A stretch of 64,000 bases of DNA from Chloroflexota bacterium (GTDB taxonomy: Bacteria > Chloroflexota > Limnocylindria > Limnocylindrales > CSP1-4), in contig PMYK01000023.1 in assembly GCA_003171255.1 (NCBI GenBank), positions 113,945 through 177,944 on the forward strand. Direction: 5' to 3'. This document shows, piece by piece, positions 9,520 through 20,390 of the stretch. The notes under the pieces were generated by a model. The model was given only the letters and a program-made list of their open reading frames with translations, had not been told where the DNA came from and did no database searches. The position numbers were made by a program, and so were the translations under genes. Within the stretch, counting starts at the first letter, position 1. The number at the start of each line of letters is the position of its first letter.

Positions 9520-10011
9520 GTGGGCGAGAAGCAGGTCAGCCTCAGGCACGAGAGCGGGATGCGATTCGTGGCCAGAACGACTTCCGGTCACGACGTGGTC
9601 GTCGACAACGCCAGCGGCAACACGGGCCCGCGACCGACCGAGCTCGTCCTGGCCGCCATCGCCTCCTGCACGGCAATGGACTTTATCGACATCATGGCCA
9701 AGAAGCGCCAGGCCGTGGACCGGTATTCGGTGGAAGTCAGGGGCACCCAGCGCGAGAAGGCGCCGAACGTCTTCACCGACATCACGGTCGTCCACGTCGT
9801 GGAGGGCAACGTCGACACAGAGGCCGTCCGTCGTGCGATCGAGCTTTCGGCCACCAAGTACTGCACCGTCAGCGCCCAGGTCGCCGCCGGACCGGCCCGC
9901 ATCAGCCACCGCTATGCGATCAATCGGCCGGGAGGTGACGGGCAGCCGCAGAGCGAGGAATCGGGTGAGGTCGTCGTGACCGGCCCGATGAGAGACGTCC
10001 TGGCCGACTGA
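9520..10011 (+). CDS. osmC: OsmC/Ohr family peroxiredoxin-like protein
   Basis: GTG start with AGGAGGAA upstream; OsmC-like motifs PTELVLAAIASCTAMD ... ATKYCTVSA. Confidence 0.8.
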   Translation: MGEKQVSLRHESGMRFVARTTSGHDVVVDNASGNTGPRPTELVLAAIASCTAMDFIDIMAKKRQAVDRYSVEVRGTQREKAPNVFTDITVVHVVEGNVDTEAVRRAIELSATKYCTVSAQVAAGPARISHRYAINRPGGDGQPQSEESGEVVVTGPMRDVLAD

Positions 10012-10042
10012 CTGAGCTCGGCGCTTCCTATACTTCTCGCCC

Positions 10043-11653
10043 ATGAGCGAAACCGCCGCGCCGCCAGACGGTCTTTCGTCGGATGGCCGGCCCGCCCCGC
10101 CCCGAGGAAACCGGCTCGCGCCGCTCGCCGGAACGTTGCGAGCGATTCCGCCCGAAGCCCTCCTGGTTGGCGCGTGCCTGTTCGCACTGCTCGCAGTGTT
10201 CGTGGCAGCCGACCCGTCGAGCCACGTAACGGCCAGCAACTCGCCATTCACGGACGAGGGTTACAACACCGCCAACGCCCGCAACCTCGTCCAGCTCGGC
10301 CGGTGGAGCATGGACGAGTGGAATCTGTACCTCGCCAACTTGCCGTTCACGCTCGTGGAGGCCGTCTGGTTCCGCCTGGTCGGGGTCGGCATCGTCGGGG
10401 CCCGTCTGGTCACGATCGCCTGCGTTTCTCTGGCCGCGACGGGCCTGGTTTGGGGTCTGCGCGGGGTCGTCGGCCGGGCGACGGCCCTGTTCGCCGGGCT
10501 CGCGTTCGCGACGAGTGGCCTGGTCCTCGTCTACGGCCGCCTCGCCTATCTGGAGGACATGGTCGTGCTCGGCCTGACGCTCGGGACGCTGGTCCTCGCC
10601 CGTGACGACCGGCTCACGATGCGCTGGGGCGCTCTCTCCGGCGTCTGCTACGCCGTTGCGATCGGCGCCAAGCCGTCCGCGGCCTTCGCTGTGGCCGGCA
10701 TCCTTGTCGCGATGGTCGCGGCCCTCGCCCCGCACGACCGCGCCGCCCGGCGTTGGGTGGCGGGCGCCCTCGGTGCGATCGCCCTGGCCGGCCTGGTCTG
10801 GGCTGTCGTCATCTGGCTTCCGAATCGGGAAGCGGTAGCCATGGACCTGAGGATCTGGGCCTCTGATAGCTTAAGCATCGTTCCCCGCGACATGCTCCGG
10901 TCCGCATTGCGCTACTTCACCACCGACAGCGACTCCATTTACGGGATGCAGGCGGGTCCGCTGTTGGCGCTCGGGGCCACCGGTCTTGCCGCCATCGCCG
11001 TCCTGCGTCGTCGGCTGAGCCGCGCCCAGGCCAGGCTGGCCGCGGTCTCGATCGGCTGGCTTGCTATCGGCTTCGGCATTCTGTTGACCGCGTCGTATCG
11101 ACCGAACCGATACGTTCTGCCCCTCCTGCCGCCGCTGGCTATGCTCGCGGCGCTCGGCCTTTACGTGGCGCAGCAATGGCTGCGCGAACGGCCGTGGACG
11201 CCGGCGCCTGCCGCGCCGGCCGAGGCCGGCGCGAGCCCCGAGCCGCGCCTCCGAACGTGGCGTCACGCCGCGCACTGGACCGCCCCCGCTCTGCTCGTCT
11301 CAGTCGCGGCCGTGGCCGTCACCCCGGGTCTGGTCTGGTACGGGTCGTGGGCCCGAAATGCCACTTACGATCTGCCCGATATCCAGGCCCGGTTCGCGTC
11401 CGCCGTCCCGGCCGGCGAGCGCGTGGCCGGCCAGCAGTCAGCCCTCTACTTGATGACCTCGGGGGCCATCACCATCGTTACTCAGATCCCAGCAAACGAG
11501 GGCGATCTTTATGCCGAGGGCGTCCGGTGGTACCTGGTGCCCGCAGAAGATCCGGCGCCTGCGGGTGTCTCGACCGCAACGTGGGCAGCCAGGGAGCGAG
11601 TCATGTGCGGCGACTATGGAGGCGTGTCGGAATGCCTGTTCCACGTGTCCTAG
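10043..11653 (+). CDS. Polytopic membrane glycosyltransferase, family 39-like (PMT_2 / ArnT-type)
   Basis: At least 10 TM helices; first-loop motif FTDEGYNTANARNL matches the conserved DE loop of the PMT_2/ArnT superfamily. Confidence 0.55.
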   Translation: MSETAAPPDGLSSDGRPAPPRGNRLAPLAGTLRAIPPEALLVGACLFALLAVFVAADPSSHVTASNSPFTDEGYNTANARNLVQLGRWSMDEWNLYLANLPFTLVEAVWFRLVGVGIVGARLVTIACVSLAATGLVWGLRGVVGRATALFAGLAFATSGLVLVYGRLAYLEDMVVLGLTLGTLVLARDDRLTMRWGALSGVCYAVAIGAKPSAAFAVAGILVAMVAALAPHDRAARRWVAGALGAIALAGLVWAVVIWLPNREAVAMDLRIWASDSLSIVPRDMLRSALRYFTTDSDSIYGMQAGPLLALGATGLAAIAVLRRRLSRAQARLAAVSIGWLAIGFGILLTASYRPNRYVLPLLPPLAMLAALGLYVAQQWLRERPWTPAPAAPAEAGASPEPRLRTWRHAAHWTAPALLVSVAAVAVTPGLVWYGSWARNATYDLPDIQARFASAVPAGERVAGQQSALYLMTSGAITIVTQIPANEGDLYAEGVRWYLVPAEDPAPAGVSTATWAARERVMCGDYGGVSECLFHVS

Positions 11654-12363
11654 GCTTTGGGCGAGGCCGAGCTTCCTCGGACCGACCGCCAGCACCGCCG
11701 GCCCAAGACTCAGGCGGCAATGCTGCCGCCGATCGCCCTGCCAGGACTTGGCGAATCTGGGGCGTCGACTTCGATGCTCGCATCGTCCAGGTCGTGGCCC
11801 TGGCGACGGTCATCCTGATCATCGCCTTCAACAACCGCTTCGTCGAAGCCGAATACGACCGCTTCGTCCTCGAGTTCATCATCCCGCTCGCGATCGTCCT
11901 GCTGGTCTGGCGCGAAGACCCGAGGCGCTACGGCATCGGTCTCGGAGACTGGCGGCTAGGCCTGCCGATCGTCATCGGCGGTGTGGTGGTCCTCGCTGCC
12001 GTCATCTGGGTGGTCGGCCGCCTGCCCGACTTCCGGGCCTACTACACGGGTACCATCGAAGGCCGCCCGATGTGGCGCCTGATCATTGACACCGGCATCG
12101 ACCTGTTCGCCTGGGAGTTCTTCTTCCGCGGCTGGCTCATGTGGGCCCTCGGTCGCAAGTACGGCACCGACGCCATCTGGCTCCAAATCATTCCCTTCGC
12201 CCTCATGCACGTCTGGAAACCCGAGATCGAGCAGCTTTCGACGCTCGTTGGCGGGGCCTTCTTCGGGCTCCTGGCCTGGCGGACTCGTTCGTTCCTGTGG
12301 GGCTGGCTGCTCCACTGGTTCATGATGGCCTGGGTCTTGATGGTGGCCGCGGGGTACGTCTGA
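11632..12363 (+). CDS. CPBP family intramembrane glutamic endopeptidase (CAAX protease-like)
   Basis: CPBP motifs EFFFRGW ... FALMHVW ... LLHWFMM near the C-terminus; ATG 11632 has GGAGG 9 nt upstream and overlaps the end of the upstream gene by 22 nt; an alternative later start is GTG 11794. Confidence 0.6.
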   Translation: MPVPRVLGFGRGRASSDRPPAPPAQDSGGNAAADRPARTWRIWGVDFDARIVQVVALATVILIIAFNNRFVEAEYDRFVLEFIIPLAIVLLVWREDPRRYGIGLGDWRLGLPIVIGGVVVLAAVIWVVGRLPDFRAYYTGTIEGRPMWRLIIDTGIDLFAWEFFFRGWLMWALGRKYGTDAIWLQIIPFALMHVWKPEIEQLSTLVGGAFFGLLAWRTRSFLWGWLLHWFMMAWVLMVAAGYV

Positions 12364-12414
12364 CGTTCCTGACTGGTTGCATGACTATTCATCAGACCGT
12401 ATACTCGCCGGACC

Positions 12415-13641
12415 ATGACCGTCATCCGATCCACGCCCAACGACGTCTCCGAAACCACCTCCCGAGAGGGGTCATCGCCGGCTCGGGCCGGCCGGGCGCC
12501 TGAGAACGTGGGTTCGTCGTCGAAGCCCGGATCGCAGCGTGGTTTGGGGCCCAAGGCGTTTCGGACCGGACGCGGCGACGACACGATCACCGTCGGCATC
12601 GTCGGGGCGACGGGTTACGCCGGCGGCGAGCTGGTCCGGTTGCTGCTCGGACATCCGAATGTCAGGCTGGCGGGCCTCCACGGTCGCAACCGCGACAACC
12701 AGCCCATTGCCGTGTCGCACCCGCACCTGGGCGCCACGGGCCTGGTCATCGACCAGGCGGTCCCGGAGGCCGACGCCGTCTTCACGGCGCTGCCGCATGG
12801 CGTGGCCGCAGGAATGGCCGCCGAGATTGTCGCGCGCGGGTCCGCCCTGCTCGACATCGGCCCGGACTTCCGTCTCCACGATCCCGCCGACTACCCGCGC
12901 TGGTACAAGTTCGACCACCCGGCGCCCGAACTGCTGGCCCAGGCCGTCTACGGCCTGCCCGAGCTGCACCGCGAAGAGATGCGCGCCGCCGTGAACAATG
13001 AGGCGACGATCATCGGCCTGCCCGGCTGCTATCCGACTGCCACGATCCTGACTCTGGCGCCGCTGGCCCGGGCAGGTTTGATCGGCGATCTCGCGGTCGA
13101 TGCCAAGAGCGGCGTCTCGGGTGCCGGCCGCGAACCAAAGCCGGACCTGCTCTTCTCCGAGGTCAACGAAAACGTCAAGGCCTACGGGCTGTTCAATCAC
13201 CGCCACACCGCCGAGATGGAGCAGGAGCTCCAGCAGCAGGGCGAGCGCGGCGCCCTGGCCAGCCGCGAGGCTAACCCGGGCGTAGCCACGGTCGACTTCC
13301 TGCCGCACCTGATCCCGATGACCCGCGGCATCCTGACGAGCTGTCACGTCCGCCCGACGCGACCGGTCAGCCAGGCGGAGCTGGACGCCCTCTACGACGA
13401 CGCCTACCACGACGAGCCGTTCGTTCAGGTCGTTGCCGATCCGCCTTCGACCAAGCACGTCTTCGGCAGCAACCTCTGCCGCATCTGCGTCAAGGTAGAC
13501 CCGCGCAGCGGACGGATCCTCGCCCTGGGCGTCATCGACAACCTGGTCAAGGGCGCCGCCGGTCAGGCGGTCCAGGCCCTCAACATCCTCTTCGGACTGC
13601 CCGAGACGACCGGCCTCGAGCAGTACCCGATCGCTCCGTAG
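12415..13641 (+). CDS. argC: N-acetyl-gamma-glutamyl-phosphate reductase
   Basis: VGIVGATGYAGGELVRLL NAD motif and active-site region GCYPTA; about 65-aa low-complexity N-terminal extension, so the true start may be a later in-frame GTG/TTG (for example 12508 or 12544). Confidence 0.85.
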   Translation: MTVIRSTPNDVSETTSREGSSPARAGRAPENVGSSSKPGSQRGLGPKAFRTGRGDDTITVGIVGATGYAGGELVRLLLGHPNVRLAGLHGRNRDNQPIAVSHPHLGATGLVIDQAVPEADAVFTALPHGVAAGMAAEIVARGSALLDIGPDFRLHDPADYPRWYKFDHPAPELLAQAVYGLPELHREEMRAAVNNEATIIGLPGCYPTATILTLAPLARAGLIGDLAVDAKSGVSGAGREPKPDLLFSEVNENVKAYGLFNHRHTAEMEQELQQQGERGALASREANPGVATVDFLPHLIPMTRGILTSCHVRPTRPVSQAELDALYDDAYHDEPFVQVVADPPSTKHVFGSNLCRICVKVDPRSGRILALGVIDNLVKGAAGQAVQALNILFGLPETTGLEQYPIAP

Positions 13642-13714
13642 CCCGCGCTCAGCCATCGCCGCGGGGCAGCCTGCGCGGCGAGCCACGATTACCCGAACCG
13701 CAATTCTGAGGGAA

Positions 13715-15118
13715 ATGAATCTGATGCACCAAGGTCCCGTTCGATCCTCGACTACGGGCAAGGTGCGCTCGGACGACCTGCCGGCTCTGCCCAACGGGCT
13801 GCCGCCGGTCGAGCAGCGCGCGGAGATGCCACGCGGCTTCCGCGCCGGCGGGCTTGCGGCCGGCATCAAGCCGTCCGGCCGACCCGACCTGGCGGTCATC
13901 GCCACAACCGGCGGATCCGCGGCCGTCGCCGCCGTCTTCACTCGCAATCAGGTCGTGGCGGCGCCCATCAAGCTCTCCCGCGCCCATCTCAACGCCACCG
14001 AGATCGGCGGCGGCGGGCGGTTCGGCTGGACCGACGCTGTCGTTGCCACGGCCGGCTCCGCGAACGCGGCAACGGGCGTGGAGGGCGACACAGATCAGGC
14101 CGAGGTCAGCAAGACCCTGGCAGCGCTGCTCGATACCAAGCCGGAGCGGACGCTGGCTCTGTCGACGGGAGTGATCGGCGTGCGGCTGCCGCTGACGAAG
14201 GTTCGCGACGGACTGGCCCGGCTCGTCCCCCAGCTCGCGGAAACGGACGCCGGACTCGAGGCCGTGGCCGGGGCGATGATGACCACTGACACGAAGATCA
14301 AGCTGGCCACGACGACGCTGCAGCTTCCGAGGTCGGACGGAACCCCGGCCAAGGTCACCGTCTCCGGTATCGCCAAGGGCGTGGGCATGATCCACCCCCG
14401 TATGGCCACGATGCTGAGCGTGATCCTGACCGACGCCAGCGTTGCTCCGGCAACCCTATTCGGGCTGCTCTCGCCGATAGTTCAGCGAACCTGGAACCAG
14501 CTCAGCGTGGACGGCGACACCAGCACCAACGACACGGTCTTCCTGCTCGCATCGGGTCAGGCGGGGGCATCCGTAGCCGTAGCCAGCCACGAGGCAGCGA
14601 TGCTCGGCGAGGCTATCGAGGCCGTGGCTCGTTCGCTGGCCCGCCAGCAAGCCGCCGACGGCGAGGGCGCCTCGACCCTGATCACCTGCCAGGTCAGCGG
14701 CGCGGCCGACGACCACGACGCCCGGGCGATCGCCCGCGCCGTAGTCAGCAGCAGCCTCCTGAAGGCCGCGGTTCACGGCCGCGATCCCAACTGGGGCCGT
14801 GTGGCCAGTGCTGCCGGCAACGCCCGCCTGCCCGACGAGCAGCTCCTCGAGGCGGCCGGCCTGCACCATACCGAGGCCATGCCACGGGCCGGCCGAGCGC
14901 CCGAGCTCGACCTGGACAAGCTCCAGATCGCCATCGCCGGCACGCTCGTCTTCAAGGGCACTCCCCTGCTCTTCGACCGGGCCGCAATTCGCACGGCAAT
15001 GGAGGCGCCTGAGGTGCTGATCCGTCTCCACCTCGGCCTTGGCGGCGGCACCGGCGAGGCCTTCGGCTGCGACCTGACCGAGCAATACGTCATCGAGAAC
15101 GCGGAGTACACGACGTGA
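13715..15118 (+). CDS. argJ: Bifunctional glutamate N-acetyltransferase / amino-acid acetyltransferase (ornithine acetyltransferase)
   Basis: ArgJ self-cleavage site ATMLSVILTDA and flanking conserved blocks; alternative starts at 13724 or 13826 (MPRGFRAGG). Confidence 0.85.
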   Translation: MNLMHQGPVRSSTTGKVRSDDLPALPNGLPPVEQRAEMPRGFRAGGLAAGIKPSGRPDLAVIATTGGSAAVAAVFTRNQVVAAPIKLSRAHLNATEIGGGGRFGWTDAVVATAGSANAATGVEGDTDQAEVSKTLAALLDTKPERTLALSTGVIGVRLPLTKVRDGLARLVPQLAETDAGLEAVAGAMMTTDTKIKLATTTLQLPRSDGTPAKVTVSGIAKGVGMIHPRMATMLSVILTDASVAPATLFGLLSPIVQRTWNQLSVDGDTSTNDTVFLLASGQAGASVAVASHEAAMLGEAIEAVARSLARQQAADGEGASTLITCQVSGAADDHDARAIARAVVSSSLLKAAVHGRDPNWGRVASAAGNARLPDEQLLEAAGLHHTEAMPRAGRAPELDLDKLQIAIAGTLVFKGTPLLFDRAAIRTAMEAPEVLIRLHLGLGGGTGEAFGCDLTEQYVIENAEYTT

Positions 15119-15912
15119 GCGAAGTGCTCATCCTCAAGCTCGGCGGGACGACCCTCGCCGACCAGGCACACGTCCTCGACGAGGTCGCGGCCGTCGCCCG
15201 TACCCGTCCCGTCGTGCTCGTCCACGGCGGCGGCAAGCGCATCACCGAATGGCTCGAGCGCCTCGGCGTGCCGAGTCGGTTCGAAGGCGGCCTGCGGGTG
15301 ACCGACCAGGCGGCCCTCGACGTGGCCGCGGCCGTGCTGCGTGGAGTGGTCAACTCCGAGCTCGTGTCGGACCTACGCGACCGCGGCGTCGACGCCGTGG
15401 GCCTGAGTGGCGTGGACGGCGGCTTCATGATCGCCGAGCGCGTGCCCGGTCTCGGGCTCGTGGCCCATGTCGTCGGCATACGCCGCGACTTCCTCGACAC
15501 TCTCCTGGTTGCGGGGCAGGTAGCCGTCGTGGCGCCGCTCGCCCGCGACGAGCACGGCATAGTCTGCAACGTCAACGCTGACGACGCCGCCGCGGGCATC
15601 GCCGCCGGACTCGGAGCGCGCCAGCTCGTGCTCATGACCGACGTCGACGGGATCCGCGACGCCGCCGGCGAGAAGCTGGCCACGATGACCGCCGACCAGG
15701 CCGAGCGGCTCATCGCCGACGGAGTAATCAAGGGCGGCATGGTTCCCAAGATCCGGGCCGCCCTCCAGGCGGTCGCCTGGTCCGGCGCCCAGGCCGTGAT
15801 CGCCGACTCGTCCGACCCGCACGCCCTGACCCGCGCCCTCGACGACCCAAGCTTCGGTACTCGCATTACCGCCGCGCGCGAGGCAAGCGAAGCCCCGGCC
15901 GGCACGGCCTGA
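15115..15912 (+). CDS. argB: Acetylglutamate kinase
   Basis: LILKLGGTT ... VLVHGGG amino-acid kinase motifs; GTG start overlaps the argJ stop. Confidence 0.9.
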   Translation: MSEVLILKLGGTTLADQAHVLDEVAAVARTRPVVLVHGGGKRITEWLERLGVPSRFEGGLRVTDQAALDVAAAVLRGVVNSELVSDLRDRGVDAVGLSGVDGGFMIAERVPGLGLVAHVVGIRRDFLDTLLVAGQVAVVAPLARDEHGIVCNVNADDAAAGIAAGLGARQLVLMTDVDGIRDAAGEKLATMTADQAERLIADGVIKGGMVPKIRAALQAVAWSGAQAVIADSSDPHALTRALDDPSFGTRITAAREASEAPAGTA

Positions 15913-15916
15913 TCCG

Positions 15917-16458
15917 ATGGCAGAAATGGTCATCAGCGGAAACGGCGTCAATGTCAAGCAGCGCCGCCAGCGCGCTCTACTCGAGCTCGTCGCCCGCTCA
16001 CCGATCGGCAGCCAGGAGGAGTTGGTGGAGTTGCTCCGCGAGGCCAACTACGAGGTCACGCAGGCCACTGTCAGCCGCGACCTGACCGAGCTGGGTCTGG
16101 TCAAAGTGCCGCGAGGCGACCGCCACGTATATGCCACCCCGGAGAGCGCGGCCACCGGTAACCTGTACGACGCCAGGCTGAACCGTCTCCTCGAGGACAT
16201 TCCGGTTCGCATCGCGCGGAGTGGCCTGAGCCTCGTCCTCCTGGCCACACCGGGCTCCGCGGGCGCGATTGCCCAGGCGATCGACCAATCGAGCTTGCAG
16301 GATCAGGTCGGCACCCTCGCCGGCGACAACACGTTGCTCGTCCTATTCGAGACCGAGGCCGCCCTCGAGCGGTGGCTGGTCCGTTTCCAGAGCTATCAAC
16401 CGGCCGGGGCCGCAACGCTGCCGATCGGCCGCCCTTTCGCGCATTCGGAGGCTCCTCG

Positions 16459-16462
<4 letters not shown>
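15917..16462 (+). CDS. argR: Arginine repressor
   Basis: N-terminal winged-helix QEELVELLREANYEVTQATVSRDLTELGLVK and C-terminal oligomerisation/arginine-binding domain (GDNTLLVL). Confidence 0.85.
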
Positions 16463-17745
<1,283 letters not shown>

Positions 17746-17758
17746 CCCCACGAACCGA

Positions 17759-19144
17759 GTGCCCGCCAAGATGCCCAGTCCAGCTCACCGTGCCGGCGCC
17801 GTCGGGGCCAAGAGCAGACCCGTGGCCCCGGTTGACCCCGTGCCCCCATTCGACGCCGAGCGCAAGCTGCTCGAGCTGTCGTTCCTGCACGAGTTCGCCA
17901 AGCTTCTGACCACGGCCAGAAACTGGGACGAGTTGATGCGGACGATCGTCGACCGCACTACCGACGCCTTGAACGTCGAGGTCTGCTCCGTCTACCTGAT
18001 GGATCGCGACGCGGCGCGGCTGCGACTGTCCGCGACTAACGGCCTCGACCGCGACCAGATCGGGGTCGTCACGCTGGCCGTCGGCGAGGGCCTGACGGGC
18101 AGCGCGGCGCAGATCGGTCAGCCGATCGCCTCGCCCGACGTGCGGGTCGATCCGCGGTTCAAGTGGGTTCCGGGTTTCGACCAGTCGCAGTTCGTGTCGA
18201 TGCTTTCGGTGCCAATGCCCTGGAACGACTCGATCATCGGCGTCATCAACGTCCAGGCCATCGAGTCGCGGACGTTCTCGCCAGAAGAGGTCGAGTTCCT
18301 GGTCACCATTGGGGCGCTGCTCGGCGGCATCGTCGAGAAGGGCCGTCTCCAGGCCGAGGCCGAGGAGCAGCTCGAAACCCTCACAGCCCTCGACGGCGCC
18401 CGGGCCGAGCTGCTGGCCGTGGTCACCCACGAGCTGCGCACGCCGCTGGCGGTCGTCCGCGCCTACCTGGACCTGCTCGCCGATGCCGCGGTCGAAGCCG
18501 CCGGGGGTTCGACACCCAAACCGGAGCTCGTCGAGGAATGGCGGATCCAGGCAATCGCCCAGGTCACGCGGCTGGATCGGCTTGTCGACTCGATCCTCGC
18601 TTCCGTCCGCGGCGACGGTCTTGCCGCCGGTCTAGCCCGCGTTCCGTTCGACCTCGCCCGCGCCGTCAACGACACGATCGGCGAGATGACGCCGCTGCTG
18701 CGCGGCCACCCGCTCCGCCGCACCGGCACCTGGGAAGCGCTGATGGGTATCGGTGACGAAGGCCGCTTCCGCCAGGTTCTCGAGCATCTCCTCGAGAACG
18801 AGGTCAAGTATTCGCCGGAGGGCGGCTCGGTCAGCGTCGGGACGATGCGGTCCGGGGGCGAGATCCAGATCTACGTCACCGACGACGGACCGGGCATTCC
18901 CGAGCCCGAGTGGGAGTCGGTCTTCGAGGCCTACGTACGAACGGCCCATCGTCCGCGGGGCTCCGGAATCGGTCTCTACGCCGCTCGACGGCTCATGAGC
19001 GCGATGGGCGGACGTGTCTGGTTGGAACCAAATGGGTACGGCGGCAGTCGATTCGTGGTGGCCGTGCCCGAGATGCGCCACACTGAAGGCGACACGACCG
19101 GTCCAGAGGCGGGCGTGATGTCCGAGGCGGGCCCGGAAGGGTAG
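17759..19144 (+). CDS. GAF-domain sensor histidine kinase
   Basis: GAF domain (VYLMDRD..GEGLTGSAAQ..), HisKA H-box VTHELRTPL and HATPase_c motifs (DDGPGIP, GSGIGL). Confidence 0.8.
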   Translation: MPAKMPSPAHRAGAVGAKSRPVAPVDPVPPFDAERKLLELSFLHEFAKLLTTARNWDELMRTIVDRTTDALNVEVCSVYLMDRDAARLRLSATNGLDRDQIGVVTLAVGEGLTGSAAQIGQPIASPDVRVDPRFKWVPGFDQSQFVSMLSVPMPWNDSIIGVINVQAIESRTFSPEEVEFLVTIGALLGGIVEKGRLQAEAEEQLETLTALDGARAELLAVVTHELRTPLAVVRAYLDLLADAAVEAAGGSTPKPELVEEWRIQAIAQVTRLDRLVDSILASVRGDGLAAGLARVPFDLARAVNDTIGEMTPLLRGHPLRRTGTWEALMGIGDEGRFRQVLEHLLENEVKYSPEGGSVSVGTMRSGGEIQIYVTDDGPGIPEPEWESVFEAYVRTAHRPRGSGIGLYAARRLMSAMGGRVWLEPNGYGGSRFVVAVPEMRHTEGDTTGPEAGVMSEAGPEG

Positions 19145-19174
19145 CCGGTCGGCTAGGCTGAGCGGAGGCGTCGA

Positions 19175-19885
19175 GTGAGCGGTATCGGTCCCGGGGAGAC
19201 GAGCCTGCTGGTGCTGGTCGTCGATGACGAGCCGGCGATGGTCGGCGCCGTCTCGGCCCTGGTCGGCCGCGCCGGCCACCGCGTCGTCACCGCGTACGAC
19301 GGCAACACCGCCCTGCGCCGCTTCAGCGAGGAGCGTCCGGATCTCGTGCTGCTCGACCTGGCCATGCCGGGGCTCGACGGCGTCGAAGTCTGTCGCGCGA
19401 TCCGCCGCATGTCGCAGACCCCGATCATCGTCCTGACCGGCGAGGCCGACGAGCGAGCCAAGGTCGAAGCGCTCGACACCGGCGCCGACGACTACGTGGT
19501 CAAGCCATTCGGCAAGCAGGAATTGCTCGCCCGCATCCGCGCCGTCATGCGCCGCCGGGGCAACGAAGCCGAGCCACACGGCGTCGGCGAGCTGCGCTGG
19601 GGCCCGATCGTCCTCGACCGCGGCCGCCACACCGCGGCGGTGTCGGACCGCGAGATCATCCTGACCCGCACCGAATACAGCCTGTTGGCGTCGCTGGTCG
19701 CCGCCGCCGGCCACGTGGTCTCGCATTCCACGCTGCTCTCCGCGGGCTGGCCCGGCGAGCCCAACCCCGACCCGCAGTGGCTCAAGCCCCACCTCGCCCG
19801 CCTCCGCTCCAAGCTCCAAGCGGCCGGCGCCCCCGTCCCCGCCTCCGTCCGCGGCGTCGGCTACCGCCTCGAGGGCGGCGAGTAG
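19175..19885 (+). CDS. OmpR-family response regulator (receiver + winged-helix DNA-binding domain)
   Basis: Receiver motifs VLVVDDE ... LVLLDLAMPGLDG ... KPF; C-terminal trans_reg_C domain (RGVGYRL); cognate with the upstream kinase. Confidence 0.8.
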   Translation: MSGIGPGETSLLVLVVDDEPAMVGAVSALVGRAGHRVVTAYDGNTALRRFSEERPDLVLLDLAMPGLDGVEVCRAIRRMSQTPIIVLTGEADERAKVEALDTGADDYVVKPFGKQELLARIRAVMRRRGNEAEPHGVGELRWGPIVLDRGRHTAAVSDREIILTRTEYSLLASLVAAAGHVVSHSTLLSAGWPGEPNPDPQWLKPHLARLRSKLQAAGAPVPASVRGVGYRLEGGE

Positions 19886-19990
19886 CGCCTGCTGGGCCGG
19901 CGCCGGAGCTGACTTGCCCGGGCAGGCCACAGGGAGGATCGGCTTCGCCGGCCCTTCGCGAGCCTCGGTTCATCACAGATAGTCGGGTCC

Positions 19991-20230
19991 TGACTGCTAT
20001 CAAGCGGTCGAACGATCGACTTGGCCGAAAACAGGGTGCGGTCGCTGGTCGGACATGCCGCCTGAGCGTGGTCGGGCCGCCGTCGAGGCTTCTGCTAGTG
20101 CTGATCGAGACCAACTCCCGGACCAGAGTTCGATAGCAGTCACGCGGCGCCTGAGCGAGATGTCGGACGCCTTCTGGGTTCAATAGCAGTCGCCTGGCGC
20201 ATGAACGAGAAGTCGCGGCTCGGCGCGCGC
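19991..20230. repeat. Repeat-rich non-coding leader between the response-regulator gene and cydA: three copies of TT(C/G)(G/A)ATAGCAGTC (one inverted) and two degenerate tandem units of about 50 nt
   Basis: TGACTGCTATC at 19991-20001 is the reverse complement of GATAGCAGTCA at 20132-20142; GTTCGATAGCAGTCA at 20128 and GTTCAATAGCAGTCG at 20178, each followed by a GCGC(C/A)TGA(G/A)CGAGA(T/A)GTCG block. Confidence 0.35.
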
Positions 20231-20390
20231 CCCGCGCCCAACCCGTTCGGGTATTCGATATGAGGCTGTTATTGCCCAGGCGGATGGGCCACGATACCTT
20301 TCGCGGTGCGCGTGGCGAAACGCACGCGGGCCGAAACACCGCGACATGAACTGTCGAGCACGGTGAAGGTAGTCCATCTAACCCGGAGGA

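Noticed and set aside
20120-20195. tRNA-like T-loop sequences (GAGTTCGATAGC, GGGTTCAATAGC) in the cydA leader
   Set aside because: No complementary T-stem, acceptor stem or anticodon arm could be built; the motif is part of the repeated ATAGCAGTC element instead.
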